A stretch of DNA of 64,000 bases from Candidatus Omnitrophota bacterium (GCA_022711115.1 JAKLFP010000001.1:261183-325182), one strand, 5' to 3'; shown: positions 19,838-30,651, counted from the stretch's first letter. Notes: generated from the sequence alone by a model not told the origin. Program-made: numbers and translations.

Positions 19838-20167
19838 ATGAGAGCCATTGCCCTATTAACAGTTTCCAATATTTTCATGACGGCCGCTTGGTACGGACAT
19901 CTCCGCTTCAAACATGCGACCCTGTGGAAGGTCATTCTGATCAGCTGGCTGATCGCTTTCGTGGAATATTGTTTTCAAGTCCCCGCAAACAGGATCGGGT
20001 CTTATCAGTTCTCGACCGCCCAGCTTAAAACCATCCAGGAAGTCATCACGCTGGTGGTCTTTTGCGGATTTTCCGTGCTTTATCTGAAGGAAGAGTTAAA
20101 ATGGAATTATCTTGTGGGATTCGGTTTGATGATCGCGGCTGTTTTCTTCGTTTTTAAAAAATGGTAA
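19838..20167 (+). CDS. small DMT-superfamily membrane protein (DUF486-like)
   Basis: 4-TM, 110 aa from the ATG just after the dedA stop. The track ORF extends upstream and overlaps dedA. Confidence 0.5.
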   Translation: MRAIALLTVSNIFMTAAWYGHLRFKHATLWKVILISWLIAFVEYCFQVPANRIGSYQFSTAQLKTIQEVITLVVFCGFSVLYLKEELKWNYLVGFGLMIAAVFFVFKKW

Positions 20168-20183
20168 CCCAAGGAAGATCCTT

Positions 20184-20927
20184 ATGGCACTAAGAGAAAC
20201 TTATGAAAAACAAGGCGCGTTCCTTTTCCGATGGCGCAGTTATATCCCTCTTCTGTTGATCCCTATTGTCTTCATCGCTCTGAGGGACCCTTCCTATTCC
20301 GCCCCGTCATTTGAGGGGTCTCTGGGCCGATGTTGGGATGCCTTTGCTATTCTGGTATCGTTGTCCGGGCTTATTGTGCGGGCGATGGTCGCGGGCTACG
20401 TGCCGCGTGGCACTTCCGGCCGCAACACTCTGACCCAGGTCGCTGAATCGCTGAACACAAAAGGCATGTACTCGATCGTCCGCAATCCGCTTTATCTTGG
20501 AAATTTTCTTATGATTTTCGGGATTTTCCTGTTCCTTCAAGTGTGGTGGTTTGTGATTCTTGGAAGTCTTCTCTTCTGGGTCTATTACGAGCGCATCATT
20601 TTCACTGAAGAGGAATTCCTTCGTAAAAAATTCGGGGAGCCTTACGTCGCATGGTCCAACAAAACGCCGGTTTTTATCCCCAATTTCAAGACCTGGCAAA
20701 AATCCGATCTTCCCTTCTCCTGGAAAACCGTTCTGCGCAGAGAGCATTCGAGCTTTTTCGGGATGGTCGCCGTATTCACGGTACTTGGGCTTATCTCGGA
20801 TCTTTTTATTGAACGCTGTGGAATCAGTCTTTTCTGGCTGATTTTTTTCGGCGGCGGTCTTTTGATTTATTCCGTTCTCCGTTTTTTAAAAAAGAAAACC
20901 CACCTGCTTGACATGGAAGGCAGATAA
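20184..20927 (+). CDS. isoprenylcysteine carboxyl / phospholipid methyltransferase family protein
   Basis: SIVRNPLYLGNFLMIFG...ERIIFTEEEFLRKKFGEPYVAW (ICMT/PEMT signature). Confidence 0.7.
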   Translation: MALRETYEKQGAFLFRWRSYIPLLLIPIVFIALRDPSYSAPSFEGSLGRCWDAFAILVSLSGLIVRAMVAGYVPRGTSGRNTLTQVAESLNTKGMYSIVRNPLYLGNFLMIFGIFLFLQVWWFVILGSLLFWVYYERIIFTEEEFLRKKFGEPYVAWSNKTPVFIPNFKTWQKSDLPFSWKTVLRREHSSFFGMVAVFTVLGLISDLFIERCGISLFWLIFFGGGLLIYSVLRFLKKKTHLLDMEGR

Positions 20928-20948
20928 TCATTTTCAGTGAGGTGACTT

Positions 20949-21515
20949 ATGAAGAAATCCATCGGTGCTAAAACCATCCTTTTTCCCACTCCGGTCCTCA
21001 TCGTTTGCACTTATGATGCCCAGGGTATCCCAAATGCCATGAATGTCGCTTGGGGCGGCATTGCAAGTTCGGAACCTCCGTGTGTTACGGTTTCTGTGAG
21101 AGAACCGCGAAAAACTTACGAAAATATTCTTTTAAAGAAGGCCTTCACGATCAATATCCCGTCGGAAAAATATATCAAAGAGGCTGATTATTTCGGAATT
21201 ATTTCCGGTAAAGCCGAGGACAAGTTTAAAACGACAGGATTGACCCCTGTGAAAAGCGATGTCGTGGATGCTCCATACATCAAGGAATTTCCTTTTGTGA
21301 TCGAATGCGTCCTCAAGGAAAGCCATAAACTCGGGATCCACACCCAATTCATCGGTGAGATTAAAGATGTCAAAGTGGATGAAGAAGCCTTGAACCCGAA
21401 AGGATTTCCTGACATCGAAAAAATGAAACCTTTCATGTTTGATCCCGGCACAAGCTCTTATTACGGCGCGGGGAAATTTCTCGGGCAAGCTTTCTCGATC
21501 GGTAAGAAAAAATAG
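20949..21515 (+). CDS. flavin reductase-like (FMN-binding split barrel) protein
   Basis: [29 protein letters not shown]. Confidence 0.7.
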   Translation: MKKSIGAKTILFPTPVLIVCTYDAQGIPNAMNVAWGGIASSEPPCVTVSVREPRKTYENILLKKAFTINIPSEKYIKEADYFGIISGKAEDKFKTTGLTPVKSDVVDAPYIKEFPFVIECVLKESHKLGIHTQFIGEIKDVKVDEEALNPKGFPDIEKMKPFMFDPGTSSYYGAGKFLGQAFSIGKKK

Positions 21516-21518
21516 TTT

Positions 21519-21893
21519 ATGGTTAAATGGCTCGGTTTGACGGCGGGTGGGGTCCTTGGAACTTTCGCCCGTTATTTCCTCTCCGGTTTTATTTACCGAA
21601 TCTTCGGAAGTCATTTCCCATTAGGAACGCTTGTCGTCAATCTCATCGGCTGTTTTCTGATCGGTTTTCTCGCTGTCCTTGCCGAAGAAAAATTCCTTTT
21701 GGGCCCAAATGCGAGAATATTCCTGATGATCGGGTTTTGCGGCGCTTTCACGACATTCTCAACACTCATTCTGGAAACTTCTAATCTTAGTAAAGTCGGA
21801 GAAAATCTTTACGCTTTTCTGAATATTGCTTTCAGTATTGTGCTGGGATTGTTCGTTTTCCGCCTCGGCGTATTGCTTGGAAAGGTGATTTAA
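21519..21893 (+). CDS. crcB: fluoride ion channel CrcB/FluC
   Basis: GGVLGTFARYFLS...GTLVVNLIGCFLIGFL...GFCGAFTTFSTL. Confidence 0.9.
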   Translation: MVKWLGLTAGGVLGTFARYFLSGFIYRIFGSHFPLGTLVVNLIGCFLIGFLAVLAEEKFLLGPNARIFLMIGFCGAFTTFSTLILETSNLSKVGENLYAFLNIAFSIVLGLFVFRLGVLLGKVI

Positions 21894-21904
21894 TCGGAGA
21901 TCTT

Positions 21905-22237
21905 ATGAAAATACCTTCGGAAGGAAAATTATTAAGGATTTTTATCGGCGAAGCGGATAAATGGCAGGGTAAACCGCTTTATGAATCTATCGTGCTCTTG
22001 GCTAAAAAAGAAGGCTTGGCCGGAGCGACTGTGCTCAAAGGCTGTATGGGTTTCGGTTGCAAGAGCCATATGCATACCGCAAAACTTCTCCGCCTTTCCG
22101 AGGACTTACCCATCGTTATTGAGATCGTCGATAGCGAAGAAAAAATTACCGGCTTTCTCTCACTTTTAGACCCGATGGTCAAAGAGGGACTGATCACACT
22201 CGAAAAGGCCAATGTGATCCTTTACCGGGCAGGTTGA
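21905..22237 (+). CDS. DUF190 (P-II-like) protein, the canonical crcB partner
   Basis: LLRIFIGEADKWQGKPLYESIVLLAKKEGLAGATVLKGCMGFG. Confidence 0.8.
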   Translation: MKIPSEGKLLRIFIGEADKWQGKPLYESIVLLAKKEGLAGATVLKGCMGFGCKSHMHTAKLLRLSEDLPIVIEIVDSEEKITGFLSLLDPMVKEGLITLEKANVILYRAG

Positions 22238-22848
22238 ACTCCCGCCTTTTTGGAAAGGCTTCGGCTGATCGACTGGTGCAGGGAATAAAGACAGCCGCAA
22301 TATTTCTGCTTGTAAAAATTTTCCTCCTGGGAAACGGATGCCATGAGTTCCGTCCCGCCGTGGAGTCTCCAGTTATAATCCCAATAAATCAGCTGCGAAA
22401 AAAAACGCGCTGCTTTTTCGCCCGCCCGGTTCACCTGAAGCAGGTCCTTCCAGCGCGAGATTCCCAAACTTGTTGCAAAAACCCGGAATCCGTTTTTTGA
22501 GGCATAAGCTGCCGTCTTGCCTAACCGCATTTCAAAACAAAGGGTGCAGCGTTCTCCCCTTTCAGGCGCATTTTCATATCCCTGAACAGTTTTCATCCAC
22601 TGCTCCGGATCAGGATCCTCGTCTACAAAAGGCACTTTTATTTTTTCGGCATAACGGATCACTTCTTCTTTGCGACGCCGGTATTCTTCCGCAGGATAGA
22701 TATTGGGATTGTAAAAAAAGACCGTCGGCTCCATACCGTTTTCGACGAGCCTTTTGAGGATAGAGCCCGAACACGGCGCGCAGCAAACATGGAGAAGAAT
22801 TTTTATTTCACCTTCAGGCAATTGAAGAAAGGAAGAATTTTTCATCAT
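22222..22848 (-). CDS. queH: epoxyqueuosine reductase QueH (DUF208)
   Basis: LLHVCCAPCS...CTLCFEMRL...KQKYCGC. Converges on the DUF190 gene and overlaps its 3' end. Confidence 0.85.
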   Translation of the reverse strand: MMKNSSFLQLPEGEIKILLHVCCAPCSGSILKRLVENGMEPTVFFYNPNIYPAEEYRRRKEEVIRYAEKIKVPFVDEDPDPEQWMKTVQGYENAPERGERCTLCFEMRLGKTAAYASKNGFRVFATSLGISRWKDLLQVNRAGEKAARFFSQLIYWDYNWRLHGGTELMASVSQEENFYKQKYCGCLYSLHQSISRSLSKKAGVQPAR

Positions 22849-22869
22849 AAACACTCCGAGCCGCGAAAA

Positions 22870-23127
22870 TCAAAGAATCCCGTCCAGCGGAATCGCTTCA
22901 TTTACAAGCATGAGGGGGATACCGTGGCAAACCGGATATAAAATTTTTTTATCCTCCCGGATCAGCCCTTCTTCGATAGTTTGTTTCACCACAAACCTGC
23001 CGCAATTTTGAAGTTTTCCTTTTTCGATTTTCTCATTGATTTTGTGAATCAGGGAAGGTTCCGCCGCTGAAAGCGCCTGCTTGGTTTCAGGACAACACAG
23101 GATTTTCAGTAATGTTTGCTTTATCAT
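22870..23127 (-). CDS. Trm112/YcaR-like small zinc protein (DUF343)
   Basis: MIKQTLLKILCCPETKQAL...YPVCHGIPLMLVNEAIPL. Start at the ATG with an AAGGGA RBS. Confidence 0.7.
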   Translation of the reverse strand: MIKQTLLKILCCPETKQALSAAEPSLIHKINEKIEKGKLQNCGRFVVKQTIEEGLIREDKKILYPVCHGIPLMLVNEAIPLDGIL

Positions 23128-23210
23128 GACGTTTCCCTTTTTATAAGAGCAAGACCATATTTTATCATTATCATTTTTTGAGAAAAAGTGGAACGAATTT
23201 TTCGGAAAGA

Positions 23211-25643
23211 TCAAACATTCTCTTCGTCAGATTCCTGATCCACAGGAGTGGCTTCCGTTAAATCTCCGGCCGGATTCGGTAAAAGGATTTCGCGAGGCTT
23301 GGCGCCATCTTGAGGACCGACGACGCCCGCGGCCTCCAATTGATCCACAACACGGGCTGCTCGCGAATATCCCAGCCTCAACCGTCTTTGCAGGAACGAG
23401 GTGGAAGCCTGCCGTGTTGTCAAAACAATCCGCTTGGCTTCTTCAAATATCTCATCCCGCTCCTGGGCGCTGATGTCCGCATTCCCGCTCTGGGCGGCCT
23501 GGATTTCTGTATGGTATTCCGGTTCTCCTTGTTTCGACACAAAATTCACGACGGAGTTGATCTCCTCCGGAACAATGAGCGATGCTTGACCGCGAACCAT
23601 TTTATCGCTCCCGGGCTGAATAAAAAGCATGTCCCCGCGACCCACGAGTCTTTCAGCCCCTTTGATGTCCAGGATCGTTCTGGAATCGATCGCGGAATTG
23701 ACTTTAAAAGCAATCCGGGCCGGCATATTGGCCTTGATGAGACCCGTAATCACATCCACTGAGGGGCGCTGGGTTGCCAAAATCAAATGGATCCCGACAG
23801 CGCGTGAAAGCTGGGCGAGACGGATAATTGCCGTTTCCACTTTATCCTGCGCCACCATCATCATGTCGGCAAGTTCATCCACAATAACCACGATCCTCGG
23901 AATAGTCGCCGGAATCACATGATCCGTATCCTTTGCCCCGGCAACCTGGATCTTGTCATCTTCCGAAAGTTCGCGGCTATTGAAAGCAGTAATGTCCCTC
24001 ACCCCGACGGCGGCAAAAAGACGGTAACGCCGTTCCATTTCCATCACAACCCAGTTGAGAGTATTCGCAGCTTTACGGACGTCCGTCACGACCGGCGATA
24101 GCATGTGCGGGATTTTGTTGTAAACCGCGAGCTCGACCATTTTAGGATCGATCATGACGATTTTCAGCTGGCTCGGTTTGCAATAGTAAAGCAGACCCGT
24201 AATGATGGAATTGATACAAACGGTTTTTCCGCTGCCCGTGGTCCCAGCAATGAGGATATGCGGCATGGACGCCAGTTCGGCGATCATCGTTTTTCCGCTG
24301 GTATCCTTGCCAAGAGCGAGCGGAAGAATATGTTTTTTCGACTGGAACTCGACCGTTTCGACCATCTCCCTCATAAAAATTGCGCGCGACACGGTGTTCG
24401 GGACTTCAAGCCCAACCGCGGATTTTCCAGGAATCGGAATCAGAAACCGGATACTCGTAGCTTTAAGGGCCATCGAAAGGTCGTTACCGTAAGATTCAAT
24501 GGTATTGACCTTCACGCCCGGGGCTGGCAAAAGTTCATAGCGCGTGATCACGGGGCCCTGCTCCACTTCCGTCACTTTAACTTCGATGCCGAATTCCGAA
24601 AGCGTTTGTTCGATGATTTTGGAATTTGCCGCAAGATCATCTCCGCCGATTTTTTCGCTCGGTGGCTTTCTTAAAAGTTCAGAGCTCGGAAATTCGTACT
24701 CCCGATCGGCTCCAGCGCTGGCTCCGATGATCCCTTCAAAGGGAGATTCGGCAGACGGCCCCTTCTCAAAGGGTCCCTTTTTTCCCTCGCCGTTTTCTTT
24801 GGAAACTGTCACGGATTTCGGGGCTTCAACCTGTTTCGGGGTTTTGGTCTTCAACTCGTCTTTCTTCAAAATTTCGGCTTTTCGGTCGAGTTCCGATTTG
24901 GCCTGAGGGGACTGGGGCTTATATTCGTAGGGCTTGATCTTTGTCTCAAGTTTCGCGATTTCTTCCGGCATTCTAGAAAAGGTTTTTTCCTTTTCTTTTC
25001 CTTTCGTCTCTTCGAACTTCCCATTTTTAGCCTGTTTTTCTTTGCCGCGCTGTGAAGGTTCTATCCATTTTTCAGTGGTTCTCCGAACTTTAGAGAATTT
25101 TCCGGATATCGCTTCAAAAAACGCCTGCACTTTTTCTATCACCAGCCGGAATAAGGGATAAAGAAGAAAATCCGTTGCAAGAAGCACTGAAAGAAGCAAT
25201 GCCGAACCCGCGAGGATATAACTTCCAAGAAGACCGAAATAACGCAAAAGATGATTACCAGCTACATACCCAAAGGCGCCTCCGTAAATGAACCGGTACT
25301 CGGGGCCCACCGTAATCGTCACCAGAGTAGCAAGCGATAAAAGGGCGATCGCAAGGCCGGAAAACTTAAAAAGTTTTCTTTCCGGCACTTTTTGAGAAAA
25401 AAAACATTGCGCCCAAAGCAGAAAAACAAACGGAATCACAAAAGCGCTGATGCCGAAAACAATAAAAAGCCCGAAGGCCAGATAAGCCCCAAAGACACCC
25501 GCATAATTCTGAACCGGAAAATTAACGCGTGAGGTGTAAAATGAGATGTCTTCTGTGTGATAGAAAAAAAGGCTTGCAAAAGTAAACAACCCGAGCAGAA
25601 GGAAAAAAACTCCCCAAATTTCGTTGATTCTTTCTTTTTTCAT
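23211..25643 (-). CDS. ftsK: DNA translocase FtsK
   Basis: N-terminal 4-TM region, a low-complexity linker, the motor domain (GTTGSGKT Walker A), and a C-terminal gamma/winged-helix domain. Confidence 0.95.
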   Translation of the reverse strand: MKKERINEIWGVFFLLLGLFTFASLFFYHTEDISFYTSRVNFPVQNYAGVFGAYLAFGLFIVFGISAFVIPFVFLLWAQCFFSQKVPERKLFKFSGLAIALLSLATLVTITVGPEYRFIYGGAFGYVAGNHLLRYFGLLGSYILAGSALLLSVLLATDFLLYPLFRLVIEKVQAFFEAISGKFSKVRRTTEKWIEPSQRGKEKQAKNGKFEETKGKEKEKTFSRMPEEIAKLETKIKPYEYKPQSPQAKSELDRKAEILKKDELKTKTPKQVEAPKSVTVSKENGEGKKGPFEKGPSAESPFEGIIGASAGADREYEFPSSELLRKPPSEKIGGDDLAANSKIIEQTLSEFGIEVKVTEVEQGPVITRYELLPAPGVKVNTIESYGNDLSMALKATSIRFLIPIPGKSAVGLEVPNTVSRAIFMREMVETVEFQSKKHILPLALGKDTSGKTMIAELASMPHILIAGTTGSGKTVCINSIITGLLYYCKPSQLKIVMIDPKMVELAVYNKIPHMLSPVVTDVRKAANTLNWVVMEMERRYRLFAAVGVRDITAFNSRELSEDDKIQVAGAKDTDHVIPATIPRIVVIVDELADMMMVAQDKVETAIIRLAQLSRAVGIHLILATQRPSVDVITGLIKANMPARIAFKVNSAIDSRTILDIKGAERLVGRGDMLFIQPGSDKMVRGQASLIVPEEINSVVNFVSKQGEPEYHTEIQAAQSGNADISAQERDEIFEEAKRIVLTTRQASTSFLQRRLRLGYSRAARVVDQLEAAGVVGPQDGAKPREILLPNPAGDLTEATPVDQESDEENV

Positions 25644-25678
25644 GATGGATAAAACCGGAAATTTAATTTATGAATGAA

Positions 25679-26143
25679 TTAATGACCTGTATGACCGAAA
25701 CCGCCGGCGCCCCGACTGGTTCCGTCTAGATTATCGACTACCTCGAGCTTGGCCTTTACCACCTGAGCAAGCACCATTTGAGCGATGCGCATACCACGGG
25801 TAATGGTAAAAGATTCTTTCCCGTGATTGATCACAATGACTTGAATCTCACCGCGGTAATCAGAATCGATCGTTCCAGGTGTGTTGAGAAGTGTGATACC
25901 GTGCTTGATCGCTAAACCACTGCGAGGCCGTATCTGAGCCTCCATATCTTTGGGAAGGGCGATGAGGATCCCTGTGGGGACAAGCGCACGATCCCCCGGT
26001 TGTAATATCACGGGATCGAGGCAAGCGGCCAAGAGATCAATACCGCTTGCACCCTCAGTCATATATTGCGGAAGAGCCAATCCTTCAAAATGAGGAAGCG
26101 TTTTCACAAGAACAGTTAATTGTTCTCTCACTTCGCTCTCCAT
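25679..26143 (-). CDS. dut: dUTP diphosphatase
   Basis: [37 protein letters not shown]. Confidence 0.9.
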   Translation of the reverse strand: MESEVREQLTVLVKTLPHFEGLALPQYMTEGASGIDLLAACLDPVILQPGDRALVPTGILIALPKDMEAQIRPRSGLAIKHGITLLNTPGTIDSDYRGEIQVIVINHGKESFTITRGMRIAQMVLAQVVKAKLEVVDNLDGTSRGAGGFGHTGH

Positions 26144-26230
26144 ACTGTTTTTAGCACCGTTCTCTATATTTGATTTTAAGGGCTAAAAGCACTATCCGGT
26201 GAACCCTTACCACATAATGACTAAGCGTTA

Positions 26231-28414
26231 TTAGCGGCGGGAACGACCCCTGCCCCCGCGATCATCACGGTCACGTCTTGGCGGCGCTGCTTCGACAACC
26301 GTCCGTTGATCTTCAGGAAGAATCGGAAGGGGTTCTGTCATTGCCTGCTTGATACTCAGACTGATTTTGCCCCGCTCGTCAATGCTAAGAACCTTGACCT
26401 TGACCTTGTCACCAACGCGAAGATAATCCCCGGCGCTTTTGACAAACCCTTCCGTGATCTCGGACACATGACAAAGCCCGTCCTTACCCGGCAGGACTTC
26501 GCAGAACGCTCCGAACGGCATCAGTTTTTGGACCGTACTGTCGTAGATCTTACCGATCTCAGCATCTTCGGTCATGGACTGAATACGCGAGATGGCGGCT
26601 TCCGAAGATTCATTGCTGACCGCGGCAACAAACACGCGCCCATCATCTTCGATATCAATCTTAGCGCCCGTTTCTTCGACGATCTTCCGGATATTCTTGC
26701 CTCCAGGGCCGATCAGCATGCCGATCTTTTCTGGATCGATCTTGAGCGTGGTGATGCGCGGCGCATACTCCGACAATTCCTTCGGCGCTTGAATGCAATT
26801 CTGGATCAGATCCAGGATCTTGAAACGCCCCTGTTTTCCGTGATCAAAAGCCTCTTTGAGCTGATCCTCGGTGATCCCATCGATCTTCATGTCCATCTGG
26901 AGTGCAGTAAGCCCGTTCCGGGTTCCGGCAGCTTTAAAATCCATGTCCCCGAGATGGTCTTCAATGCCCGCAATATCCGTCAGCACTTTCCAGCGATTCT
27001 TATCTGTCACAAGTCCGATCGCAATACCCGCCACAGGGGCTTTGATAGGAACGCCGGCGTCTAAAAGCGCAAGCGTGCCGCCGCAAACAGTGGCCATCGA
27101 ACTGGACCCGTTGGATTCCATGATCTCAGAAACCAAACGAATCGTGTACGGAAAATCTTCGGCCGAAGGAATCACGGCTTCAAGCGATCGTGACGCAAGC
27201 GCTCCGTGACCGATCTCGCGGCGACCCGGTCCGCGATTCGGTTTGACCTCTCCGACACTATAGGAAGGAAAATTGTAGTGAAGCATAAAACGTTTGGTCT
27301 GTTCCCCTTCCAGCGCATCGATCCTCTGTTCATCATCCCCCGTACCAAGCGTCATCACGCTCAGGCTTTGTGTTTGACCTCGGGTAAAAAGTGACGAGCC
27401 ATGGGTTCTCGGCAAAATCCCGATCTCACATTTGATCGGACGGATATCCCGTTCCCCTCGGCCATCCGCACGCTTCCCTGTGGAGAGCATCACCTCACGG
27501 ATCTTCTCATGCTCAAGCTTTGCAAAAGCAATCTTCACAAGCGTTTCATTGAATCCTTCCGCGTTCTTATCGAATTGGGCGATGACCTTTTCATAAAGCT
27601 TTTTAAAAAAACCTTCCTGATCTTCTTTGGTCGGAAGGCCAAAAACTTTCGAGAATTCATTGCCGGCGATTTCGCGAACCTTCTGCATCATTTCCGCGGA
27701 AATCTCAATCGGTTTTACTGCCACCTTGGCTTTACCGGCTTTCTTTTTAAGTTCCACTTGAAGCTGAACCGTCTTTTTGATCGCCTCATGTCCAAACTTG
27801 ATCGCCTCAAACATTTTTTCTTCGGAAAGTTCTTTGGCACCAGCTTCAATCATCACTACTTTTTCGGCCGTTCCTGCGAGCACAAGGTCAAGATCGCCTG
27901 TGTCGAGTTCCTGCTGAGTAGGGTTGATGATCAGTTTTCCGTCTACCATACCGACCCGGACGGCACCAAGCGGTACTTCCAGCGGGATCTCGGAAATAAG
28001 AAGCGCGGTGGAAGCCGCGATCATGGAAAGAACCTCGGTCGGATTCTCACCGTCAAAAGAAAGCACGGCAACCGTGATTTGGACTTCATTAAGGTAATCT
28101 TCAGGGAAAAGAGGACGAAGCGGCCGATCGATCAGACGCGACGTCAGGACTTCCTTTTCCGTAGGCTTGCTTTCGCGTTTGAAATAACCGCCTGGGATCC
28201 TGCCGGCAGCGTAGGTGCGCTCGCGGTAATCCACGGTCAGCGGAAAAAAATCACGAATTTCGTCCGGTTCTCCGCCCGCGACTACAGCCGCAAATACCAC
28301 GGTCCCGCCGCATTGGACGGACACTGCACCGTGAGCTTGACGAGCCATATGACCTGTTTCGATAATGATTTCACGTTCACCGATCTGGGAACTGACTTTT
28401 TCTATTTTAAACAT
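26231..28414 (-). CDS. pnp: polynucleotide phosphorylase
   Basis: Two RNase PH domains, a KH domain and an S1 domain. Gly/Arg-rich C-terminal tail. Confidence 0.97.
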   Translation of the reverse strand: MFKIEKVSSQIGEREIIIETGHMARQAHGAVSVQCGGTVVFAAVVAGGEPDEIRDFFPLTVDYRERTYAAGRIPGGYFKRESKPTEKEVLTSRLIDRPLRPLFPEDYLNEVQITVAVLSFDGENPTEVLSMIAASTALLISEIPLEVPLGAVRVGMVDGKLIINPTQQELDTGDLDLVLAGTAEKVVMIEAGAKELSEEKMFEAIKFGHEAIKKTVQLQVELKKKAGKAKVAVKPIEISAEMMQKVREIAGNEFSKVFGLPTKEDQEGFFKKLYEKVIAQFDKNAEGFNETLVKIAFAKLEHEKIREVMLSTGKRADGRGERDIRPIKCEIGILPRTHGSSLFTRGQTQSLSVMTLGTGDDEQRIDALEGEQTKRFMLHYNFPSYSVGEVKPNRGPGRREIGHGALASRSLEAVIPSAEDFPYTIRLVSEIMESNGSSSMATVCGGTLALLDAGVPIKAPVAGIAIGLVTDKNRWKVLTDIAGIEDHLGDMDFKAAGTRNGLTALQMDMKIDGITEDQLKEAFDHGKQGRFKILDLIQNCIQAPKELSEYAPRITTLKIDPEKIGMLIGPGGKNIRKIVEETGAKIDIEDDGRVFVAAVSNESSEAAISRIQSMTEDAEIGKIYDSTVQKLMPFGAFCEVLPGKDGLCHVSEITEGFVKSAGDYLRVGDKVKVKVLSIDERGKISLSIKQAMTEPLPILPEDQRTVVEAAPPRRDRDDRGGRGRSRR

Positions 28415-28471
28415 GGGAATGATCCCCTTTCATTTAGATGGATTCCTAGAAAGACCAGAAAAATGGAGGAA

Positions 28472-28741
28472 TTATTTCCTCAAATCAAGGCGAGCGATAA
28501 TCTGCTGGTATTTTTCAGGATTCTCTTTGCGAAGGTGGTTCAGGAGCTTCTTGCGCCGGCTCACCATCTTGATAAGGCCATAACGCGAATGATGGTCTTT
28601 GACATTCTTTTCAAAATGTCCTGACAGGCCATTGATGCGCTCCGTAAGAAGTGCTATTTGCACCTCATCAGACCCTGAATCGTTCTTGGAAATTTTGTAC
28701 TTCGAAATAATTTCTTTCTTTTTTGTTTTTTCTAACGCCAT
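28472..28741 (-). CDS. rpsO: 30S ribosomal protein S15
   Basis: 89 aa. GSDEVQIALLTERINGLSGHF...HHSRYGLIKMVSRRKKLLNHL. Confidence 0.95.
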   Translation of the reverse strand: MALEKTKKKEIISKYKISKNDSGSDEVQIALLTERINGLSGHFEKNVKDHHSRYGLIKMVSRRKKLLNHLRKENPEKYQQIIARLDLRK

Positions 28742-28922
28742 ATTCTTTCTCTAACTCCTTGTTAGTCTTTGATTTACGTCGTTTTCCCTATAATTAGGAT
28801 TGCGCAAGTATACCTGATGCCCCCCTGATTTGTCCAGTACTGTGTCATTTTAAAATTTTAGTAATCCACGGTACTGACACTACAAATCCATGGAATTAAA
28901 ATTGATGCGGGACCAGATTTTC

Positions 28923-29939
28923 TTAATTTCCAAGTTCCCTCAAAATGGAGCTCTTCTTGTAATATCTTTGAGCAGTCCAAACATCTTTTTGGATAGCCGT
29001 TTTGAGCAATGCTTCCATTGCAAATCTTTTTTCGGGACGGAGAAACCGATGCAGGGCGATTTCCATCATTTCTCCATAAACTTTTCCTTCAAAATCCAGC
29101 AAATGAAGTTCGAGAACGGGTTTCGGGGTCTCTTTCTTCGGATAAGTCGGCCGTTTCCCAAAATTCATAACACCAGGCATCCAGGGAGGTAATAAAAGAT
29201 TCTTGTCCAAAGGCCCCTGGGAGAGGAACCATTTTCTGTTTGGCAAGAACCGGCCAGAGGCAACATAGACTCCAAGCGGCAGAAGGATGTCGGAATGCGG
29301 TTCAATGTTTGCGGTGGGAAACCCAAGATGAGCGCCATGGCCTTTGCCATGAACGATCTTGCCGACAATGCTGAATGGCCGGCCTAGACATTGCGCCACC
29401 TTTTCCACATCCCCTTTCATCAAAAGTTCACGAATCCAAGAACTGGAAACAATTTTTTTTCCGATCCTCACCGGCCCCATGCTTTTGAAAAAAAACTTGT
29501 TTTCCCTGGCAAGTTTTTCCATCAAAATTGTATCGCCTTTACGGGCATGCCCGAAATGTGCGTCATAGCCCATGCAGATCTCGAGAATATGGAGTTTTTT
29601 AACAAGAATTTTCTTTACAAAATCTTCCGGTGATATGGCGGAAAAGGCCGGCGTGAAAGACTGGAGAAAACAGACATCCATCCCGGCTTGTGCTAAATGA
29701 AAAAGTTTTTGTTCCATGCTGTGCAGGAGCAGGGGTTTCTGCTTGGGATGTAAAATACTGTGCGGATGTTGTCGAAAGGTCAGCACCGCGGCCTGGGCTT
29801 GATGCTTTTTCGCCTGTGAGACCACGTACTGAAGAAGTTTTTGATGCCCTAAGTGGAACCCGTCAAAATTTCCGAGCGCAAGAATAAGCCGCTGAGAGGT
29901 CCTGGCCTTATAATGTTGTAGGTCCGTTACAATTCGCAT
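28923..29939 (-). CDS. ribF: bifunctional riboflavin kinase / FAD synthetase
   Basis: LALGNFDGFHLGHQKL in the FAD-synthetase N-domain. GRPFSIVGKIVHGKGHG riboflavin kinase domain. Confidence 0.9.
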   Translation of the reverse strand: MRIVTDLQHYKARTSQRLILALGNFDGFHLGHQKLLQYVVSQAKKHQAQAAVLTFRQHPHSILHPKQKPLLLHSMEQKLFHLAQAGMDVCFLQSFTPAFSAISPEDFVKKILVKKLHILEICMGYDAHFGHARKGDTILMEKLARENKFFFKSMGPVRIGKKIVSSSWIRELLMKGDVEKVAQCLGRPFSIVGKIVHGKGHGAHLGFPTANIEPHSDILLPLGVYVASGRFLPNRKWFLSQGPLDKNLLLPPWMPGVMNFGKRPTYPKKETPKPVLELHLLDFEGKVYGEMMEIALHRFLRPEKRFAMEALLKTAIQKDVWTAQRYYKKSSILRELGN

Positions 29940-30651
29940 GATTGACCACAGAAGCGTTCAAGGGCAAAATCTTTTCGCGGAGCTGGGCTTCGGTAAAATT
30001 CTTCAGATCTTCGATCGTGACGCTTTGTTCAAGCTGGAACTTCCCGCTTCGTAGCCTGCGGAGATTCGCAAGCGTCGCATAACACCCTAAGGCATCGCCC
30101 AAATCATTGATCAAAGTTCTCAAATAGGTGCCTTTGGAGACGTGGGCAAAAAAATTTACAAAACGTCCTTCCTTTTTATCGAGACGAAAGCTAAAGACTG
30201 TCACAGGCCGGCCTTTCCGGGGAATTGTTTTCCCTTGCCGCGCAAGTTTATAAAGACGTGTTCCCTCATGTTTTAAAGCGGAAACCATGGGCGGCACTTG
30301 AACGATTTCACCTGTAAATTCTTTAGCCGCCTTCGCCTGGATTGCTTCAAGAGTAATATGTTCCCACGGAGCTTCAGCCACGATTTTTCCATGCCGGTCA
30401 TGAGAATCCGTCTGAATACCGAGCTCCATGACGCCGAGATATTCTTTATCACAAGAACTTAGCGGCATGGACTGTTTGGTTGCTTTCCCGAGAAGAAGCA
30501 CAAGCAGTCCGGTGGCAAGAGGATCGAGCGTTCCCGCATGGCCGACTTTTTTGATTCCAAAACGTCTGCGCACAAACGCGCACACATCATGAGAGGTCCA
30601 ATCTTCGGGTTTATCGACCAGGAGAACACCGTCGATAAAAGGAGAGGTCAT
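29908..30651 (-). CDS. truB: tRNA pseudouridine(55) synthase TruB
   Basis: GVLLVDKPEDWTSHDV...GHAGTLDPLATGLLVLLLGKATK. Confidence 0.9.
   Translation of the reverse strand: MTSPFIDGVLLVDKPEDWTSHDVCAFVRRRFGIKKVGHAGTLDPLATGLLVLLLGKATKQSMPLSSCDKEYLGVMELGIQTDSHDRHGKIVAEAPWEHITLEAIQAKAAKEFTGEIVQVPPMVSALKHEGTRLYKLARQGKTIPRKGRPVTVFSFRLDKKEGRFVNFFAHVSKGTYLRTLINDLGDALGCYATLANLRRLRSGKFQLEQSVTIEDLKNFTEAQLREKILPLNASVVNHANCNGPTTL

Noticed and set aside
20927-21519. Fluoride riboswitch expected upstream of crcB
   Set aside because: There is no intergenic space (4-nt gap) and no GGcGAUGG...CCUAC-like motif detectable by eye in the preceding 600 nt.
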